Virus record (IMG/VR): IMGVR_UViG_2904560550_000001
Coordinates: 57,625-121,624 of that record
Length of the DNA: 64,000 nt
Reading direction: 5' to 3' (one strand)
Origin: a virus
Taxonomy: Duplodnaviria; Caudoviricetes
This document shows positions 60,304 to 64,000 of the stretch, piece by piece. The position numbers were made by a program, and so were the translations under genes. The notes under the pieces are model-generated. The model was given only the letters and a program-made list of their open reading frames with translations. It did no database searches and had not been told where the DNA came from. Position 1 is the stretch's first letter. Each line of letters starts with the position of its first letter.

Positions 60304-60557
60304 ACATTAGATAAAATCGGTCTTTTAATGAAAGGCATGAAGGGAGGAAGCGGTCATGTCATTAGTTAAGAAATGGGACAAGATTAGAGTAACAAAGGAA
60401 GCACAAGGTCATTGGGCCACATTATCTACCCTGTTGGAAGCGAATGGGTAGTCAAAAAGGTAATTACACCTGACACAGGAACGGTTTTTTGCAAAGGGAA
60501 TGATTATGGAATACCACAGACACATTATAAGGTTATTTAGGATAAAAATAAAATGAG

Positions 60558-60752
60558 GTGAAAGGTATAAACGAGGAATATAAAACAATTCAAATACTGT
60601 TCAACAAAATGGAAAGACAAATGGGTACGGTGAAAGAAGCTCTCGAGAACAAAGAATACGAAAGAGCCCACCGTAACCTAATCAACCTTTCGGATAATAA
60701 TGAAGAATTGATGCAGGAAATCAGATGGGCTCGAAAAGGAATTAAGATTTAA
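60558..60752 (+). CDS. YotK-like protein
   Basis: Synteny; GAGGTG followed by in-frame ATA. Confidence 0.6.
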   Translation: MKGINEEYKTIQILFNKMERQMGTVKEALENKEYERAHRNLINLSDNNEELMQEIRWARKGIKI

Positions 60753-60999
60753 CTTTTCTTCTTTCTTCATGGTTCCATTCGTACAGCTCTTCAATTGAGC
60801 AACCAATGGCATCAGCAAAAGTCATTCCTGTAGCTAAGTTCATATTTGCTTTTGCTCCACTTATATAATCGTGGATACGTTGTCTCGGGTATCCTGTACG
60901 TTTGAAAAGGTCATCAACTGTGAGGTCATATTCAAACATTAATTCATTTAAACGAGGGCGCAGGGGTGTCCATTGCTTCATTTCATACACTTCTTTCAA
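60742..60999 (-). CDS. YotL-like XRE HTH regulator (start probably ATG 60981)
   Basis: HTH pattern, paralogous to YopS. Confidence 0.8.
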   Translation of the reverse strand: MKEVYEMKQWTPLRPRLNELMFEYDLTVDDLFKRTGYPRQRIHDYISGAKANMNLATGMTFADAIGCSIEELYEWNHEERRKVKS

Positions 61000-61078
61000 T
61001 ATTAATTAACATAAAACAGTGTAGCAAAGGTCTATTCTAATTTCAATTTTGGTTTCAATAATTTAGGAGAGTGATTGA

Positions 61079-61678
61079 TTGGGAGGTACAAACCAAGGTA
61101 AGGTTTTTGAAGCAAACATAGAAAAATCAGCTGCAGACCAAAAGCTGTTCTTCTACAGAATTAAAGATGTTAATCCAATGTTTTTAAAAAGGGGAGCAGC
61201 AGTATCAAAAAACAATTATGATTGTTTCCTACACTTTAAAGGATACTTATTTCCCTTAGAACTTAAATCAACAAAAGACAAGTCTATAGCCTTTCGAGAG
61301 AAGATTATAAAGCCGCAGCAGATAAAACACTTAAAAGAGGCTACGCAATATCCGAACATAATTCCTGGTTTTCTGTTTCAATTTAGAGAGCCTGAGAATA
61401 AGGTTTATTTCGTACATATTAATGATTTCCTTACATATAAGACCATAGCTGAAAATCAGTTACCACATACATATAAGAATAAAGTAAACAAGTCCAGCAT
61501 TCCGATTTCCATATGTGAAGAGATCGGTACTGAAATACGCTGGATGAAGAAAAAAGTTAACTATACATATTATTTGAACAAACTTTGCGATGATTTGATT
61601 AAAAGATCCAATGCATTGGACAACCCCAATAATTCATACATTGATGGCAAGTCATCAATAGGGGTGATACATCAATGA
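61079..61678 (+). CDS. RecU-like Holliday junction resolvase (YotM-like)
   Basis: GKVFE, YD, ELKST, QQIKHL. Confidence 0.85.
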   Translation: MGGTNQGKVFEANIEKSAADQKLFFYRIKDVNPMFLKRGAAVSKNNYDCFLHFKGYLFPLELKSTKDKSIAFREKIIKPQQIKHLKEATQYPNIIPGFLFQFREPENKVYFVHINDFLTYKTIAENQLPHTYKNKVNKSSIPISICEEIGTEIRWMKKKVNYTYYLNKLCDDLIKRSNALDNPNNSYIDGKSSIGVIHQ

Positions 61679-61821
61679 GCAAGCGAAAAGAGTGCCCAGA
61701 GAATTACAAAGTAACCACAGAAGTAACAGAGAGTGTGCGTGAATGGATTGATGAGGTAATGGGGGGCAAGGAGTTTTATGATTTTGCTGCAATGCTTATG
61801 TACAAGTACAAAAAAGCTTAA
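61675..61821 (+). CDS. 48-aa candidate recombination directionality factor (SprB/YotN position; not in ORF track)
   Basis: AGGGGTG RBS; MSKRKECPENYKVTTEVTESVREWIDEVMGGKEFYDFAAMLMYKYKKA. Confidence 0.6.
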   Translation: MSKRKECPENYKVTTEVTESVREWIDEVMGGKEFYDFAAMLMYKYKKA

Positions 61822-61826
61822 GACTT

Positions 61827-61856
61827 AAGTATACCGTCGATTATGATGGTATACTT
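61827..61856. terminator. Inverted repeat between the candidate RDF and the integrase
   Basis: AAGTATACCGTC-GATTAT-GATGGTATACTT. Confidence 0.6.
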
Positions 61857-61899
61857 CTTAACATGTACAGACGTAAAAGATTAAACAATAGGGGGAAAG

Positions 61900-63609
61900 A
61901 TGACATTGCTTATATTAAAAGGTGATCAAAAATTAAATACTGAGCAGATTATGTCCCTCATTGGAAAAGTAAATGCGCTAATTTATGCAAGGGTATCAAC
62001 CACAGATCAAGCTAAAAAAGGTTTCTCAATTGAGTCACAGTTGGATAGGTGCAAAGAAAGGGCTATGAGCAAATTCGGTTACAAGGACAGTGAGCTGATT
62101 GCTTTAGTTGAACCAGGAGGAATGGGCGATGATCCTAATAGACCGGCTCTAAATCATGCTCTTTATTTACTCCAAAAGGGATTAGGTAAGAAATTTTTAG
62201 TTCTTCACCCAGATCGCTTAACAAGGGATAACACTTTACAAGGAGTTATTTCACGGAGAATCTGGGGGATGGGTGTTGACATTGAGTTTATCGAGTTTGA
62301 AGTGAATCCGAATGATCCTGAATCGATGCTAATGTACAACATTCAAGGATCTATTGCTCAATACAACAAAGCGAAAATACATGCAAACTCAAAACGTGGA
62401 CGCCTTGCAAAAGCAAAGAAAGGTGAGTTTCCTTCATTTAAAAGGTTGTACGGTTACAAGTTTAATACGGTAACAGACCTTCCAGAGTACAATGAAGAGG
62501 AAAAAGAAATATTGTTAGAGATGAAGGATATGTTGCTAAATAAAAAATTATCTTCAAATGAAATTGCCAAAGAACTTTCCAGAAGGGGCGTGGCAGCTCC
62601 GAATGGTAAAACGTGGTTCCAGTCTACGGTAAGCAGGATGCTACAAAATGAAGACTACACTGGAGACTTTTATTACGGTAAGTCAAAAGTGGTTCAAGTA
62701 AACGGCAAGAAAAAGCAAATTCCAACGCCTGAAGAAGAATGGATTCTTATTAAAATCCCTCCAATGTGGGATCATGAGACACGGGATCAAATAATGAAAC
62801 AATTAAAAGCAAATTTCAAAGGGCGGAGTCGGTCTACACGCGATTACTTATTGAAAGGAAAAGCGGTGTGTGGAAGATGTGGGGGCTCATGTGGTTCAGG
62901 AATAACATCAAAAACGAAATCGGGAACCTATAAATATTATTCATGTCGAAATAAGAACGCAAAAGCATACCAAAACGGCAAAGAGCTTTTTAAATGTAAA
63001 GGGAAAAACTGGAGAGTGGATATTGTAGACGACGTTTTTTGGAAATGGTTTAAGAAACTAATTAAGAATCCAAAAAAGTTCTTGGATCAATTCTTAGAAG
63101 AAGCATCTAATGAAAAAAGTATCGAGGAGATAAAAATCAAGATTAGTCGGTTGGAAAAACAACTTGAGGAAATCGATTCGGAAATAGCCAATTACGTAAT
63201 CCTTTTTGGTAAAGGGAAAATAAAAGAGAGCATGTTCGATGAATTAACAAAACCATTAGAGCTAAATAAAGAACATGTTGAAAATGAATTAGAAATACTG
63301 CAATCACAGTTAAATGCAAACAAGAAAGTGGAGGACAGAAACGAAAAAACAATCAAGTACATGAATTCTTTTGCTGAAATGGTTGACAAGGATTTATCAA
63401 TGAGTGAGAAAAGAAACTTCTTAGACTTTTTCATCGAAAAGGTCACACTGTATGATGACGATCATATGGAGGTTGTTTGGAAGAACAAAACACTAAATGA
63501 TGAGAGGAGTCAAAAGATTGATCTTACTGAGGATAAACCGGGAGAGAATTTTGATAATCAACATAAAAGATTAAACCATATTCAAGCATATGGAAGACAA
63601 ACAGCATGA
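61900..63609 (+). CDS. Large serine integrase
   Basis: YARVST, DRLTR, YGY, CGRCG...YYSC zinc ribbon, coiled coil. Confidence 0.96.
   Translation: MTLLILKGDQKLNTEQIMSLIGKVNALIYARVSTTDQAKKGFSIESQLDRCKERAMSKFGYKDSELIALVEPGGMGDDPNRPALNHALYLLQKGLGKKFLVLHPDRLTRDNTLQGVISRRIWGMGVDIEFIEFEVNPNDPESMLMYNIQGSIAQYNKAKIHANSKRGRLAKAKKGEFPSFKRLYGYKFNTVTDLPEYNEEEKEILLEMKDMLLNKKLSSNEIAKELSRRGVAAPNGKTWFQSTVSRMLQNEDYTGDFYYGKSKVVQVNGKKKQIPTPEEEWILIKIPPMWDHETRDQIMKQLKANFKGRSRSTRDYLLKGKAVCGRCGGSCGSGITSKTKSGTYKYYSCRNKNAKAYQNGKELFKCKGKNWRVDIVDDVFWKWFKKLIKNPKKFLDQFLEEASNEKSIEEIKIKISRLEKQLEEIDSEIANYVILFGKGKIKESMFDELTKPLELNKEHVENELEILQSQLNANKKVEDRNEKTIKYMNSFAEMVDKDLSMSEKRNFLDFFIEKVTLYDDDHMEVVWKNKTLNDERSQKIDLTEDKPGENFDNQHKRLNHIQAYGRQTA
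63560..63605. other. Prophage-host junction (att site), crossover near 63582-63585
   Basis: The spoVK frame matches the host protein only from (K)HMEDK onward. Confidence 0.8.
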
Positions 63610-64000
63610 ATTTATTCTGATCCTGGCAGGGTACTCGAGAGAAATGACACATTTCCTGTCATTAAATCCCGGCCTGCAATCGCGTTTCCCTATCAGCATC
63701 GATTTTCCGGATTACTCTGTCACTCAGCTGATGGACATCGCAAAGCGCATGATAGCAGAGCGGGAGTATCAATTAAGCCAGGAAGCCGAGTGGAAGTTAA
63801 AAGATTACTTAATGACAGTGAAAAGCACGACAAGCCCCATTAAATTCAGCAACGGGCGCTTTGTCAGAAACGTGATTGAAAAATCAATCCGCGCTCAGGC
63901 CATGAGACTTTTAATGGGAGACCAATACTTAAAAAACGATTTAATGACGATCAAAAGCCAGGATTTACTTATAAAAGATGAGGCGGCAGCTCACGAATAG
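63584..64000 (+). pseudogene. spoVK: 3' part of host SpoVK AAA+ ATPase, split by the prophage
   Basis: KHMEDKQHEFILILAGY...NPGLQSRF...FSNGRFVRN; no Walker A/B upstream. Confidence 0.93.

Larger units (their letters stand above)
3082..60327. repeat. Dispersed junction palindrome WTRAAA-N6-TTTYAW (about 23 exact and several near-exact copies)
   Basis: Exact TRAAA-N6-TTTYA at 3082, 3458, 7531, 15110, 16792, 17706, 18698, 19487, 19928, 20767, 23141, 25583, 25777, 28441, 40924, 43101, 44134, 45160, 45967, 57014, 58477, 58931, 60312; near matches at 17073, 20476, 24383, 51514. Confidence 0.9.
7576..60554 (+). repeat. Dispersed polar repeat AGRRTAAAAATAAAAT, probably the SPbeta repeated element (SPBRE)
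   Basis: About 23 copies including near variants, all seen on +: 7576, 9314, 9869, 13594, 14810, 15100, 18853, 20757, 23096, 23153, 24401, 30036, 30474, 38870, 39212, 40941, 42830, 43091, 46699, 53380, 55187, 55276, 60539. Confidence 0.85.
1..63583. mobile_element. SPbeta/phi3T-like prophage (early, replication and integration part), continuing beyond the left edge
   Basis: Arbitrium locus, yopPQR, yor/yos/yot-like gene order, nrd/thy/dut genes and a terminal serine integrase abutting a truncated spoVK; AT-rich and mostly co-oriented genes. Confidence 0.97.

Noticed and set aside
3082-60327. N6 palindromes as intrinsic terminators or host dif sites
   Set aside because: A 5-6 bp A/U stem is too weak for a terminator and the sites lie inside co-oriented gene runs; the arms do not resemble the 11-bp Xer arms of Bacillus dif.
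5126-63446. Many minus-strand or nested ORFs in the track (for example 5126-5476, 8018-8374, 25941-26351, 32300-32668, 63192-63446)
   Set aside because: Shadows of longer genes with good motifs; no RBS and biased composition.
1-64000. CRISPR array, tRNA or rRNA genes
   Set aside because: No regularly spaced repeats with spacers and no tRNA-like or rRNA-like sequence seen by eye.
63590-64000. Independent 136-aa gene
   Set aside because: It is the C-terminal part of SpoVK starting at an internal Met with no clear RBS.

Overview
Almost the whole window (1 to about 63583) is the early/replication half and one end of an SPbeta/phi3T-like prophage in a Bacillus subtilis-group genome. It is integrated into the sporulation gene spoVK, whose 3' part fills 63584-64000. 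Recognisable modules: a complete phi3T-type arbitrium switch (aimR; aimP with peptide SAIRGA; an AimR operator; aimX), the sro/yopP-yopQ-yopR repressor operon, probable anti-Gabija genes gad2-gad1, SRAP and a frameshifted ligase, pghZ, a replication operon using a family-B polymerase, nucleotide metabolism genes (nrdIEF, nrdH, dUTPase, thymidylate synthase, DHFR), yosL, sspC, a RecU-like gene, a candidate directionality factor and a large serine integrase. The most striking unexplained signal is a palindrome, WTRAAA-N6-TTTYAW, with a variable 6-bp spacer. It sits at about 27 gene junctions in the accessory small-gene arrays, between a stop codon and the next RBS, and I did not see it at junctions of the core operons. 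This looks like a gene-cassette architecture, and a tyrosine recombinase with intact catalytic residues (YopP/SroD) is a candidate enzyme. Gene names come from remembered SPbeta/phi3T sequences and synteny; no database search was run.
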